NCBI GenBank assembly: GCA_964016885.1
Contig: OZ024742.1
Location: 274,536,001-274,600,000, forward strand
Direction: 5' to 3'
DNA: 64,000 bases
DNA from: Eledone cirrhosa
Lineage: Eukaryota
A model generated the notes under the pieces. It made no database searches, was not told the DNA's origin, and saw nothing but the letters and a program-made list of their open reading frames with translations. The translations under genes were made by a program, and so were the position numbers. The number at the start of each line of letters is the position of its first letter. Within the stretch, counting starts at the first letter, position 1. This document shows positions 63,886-64,000 of the stretch, piece by piece.

Positions 63886-64000
63886 TTTTTTCAAAGAAAC
63901 TTTTTGATAATCATAAAAGTTTAAATTTTGGGCACAAGGCCCCAATCTTATATATAGTTAACAATAAAAATTTTCCATAAATGGCAATTTTTAACAAACG

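Larger units (their letters stand above)
58332..64000 (-). mobile_element. Tx1-like copy T9, near full length, 5' terminus just beyond the window
   Basis: Same subfamily as T8 in ORF1, ORF2 and UTRs; 3' AATAAAGAAATC(ATT)n. Confidence 0.95.

Overview
Eukaryotic, gene-free, transposon-dense window. The AT-rich spacers, (TA)n/(TACA)n/(CA)n microsatellites and tRNA-SINE types suggest a cephalopod such as Octopus; this is inference from memory, not verified. About 55 kb is a chain of non-LTR retrotransposons. There are nine copies or fragments of Tx1-like (L1-group) elements (ORF1 with a CCHC knuckle; ORF2 = APE endonuclease + RT + C-terminal zinc finger). There are also nine copies or fragments of R4/Dong-like elements (single ORF = RT + CCHC + restriction-like endonuclease) from about four families, plus tRNA-derived SINEs. 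Most intact junctions between elements are (TAA/ATT)n microsatellite. The two LINE clades sit in opposite orientation relative to that repeat: Tx1 and the SINE read into (ATT)n, Dong reads into (TAA)n. The SINE 3' end resembles the Tx1 3' end. A decayed Helitron lies at about 50.1-54.9 kb and a 138-bp spacerless palindrome sits in (TA)n at about 56 kb. No host protein-coding gene, rRNA, true tRNA or CRISPR is supported. Boundaries at decayed junctions are approximate.
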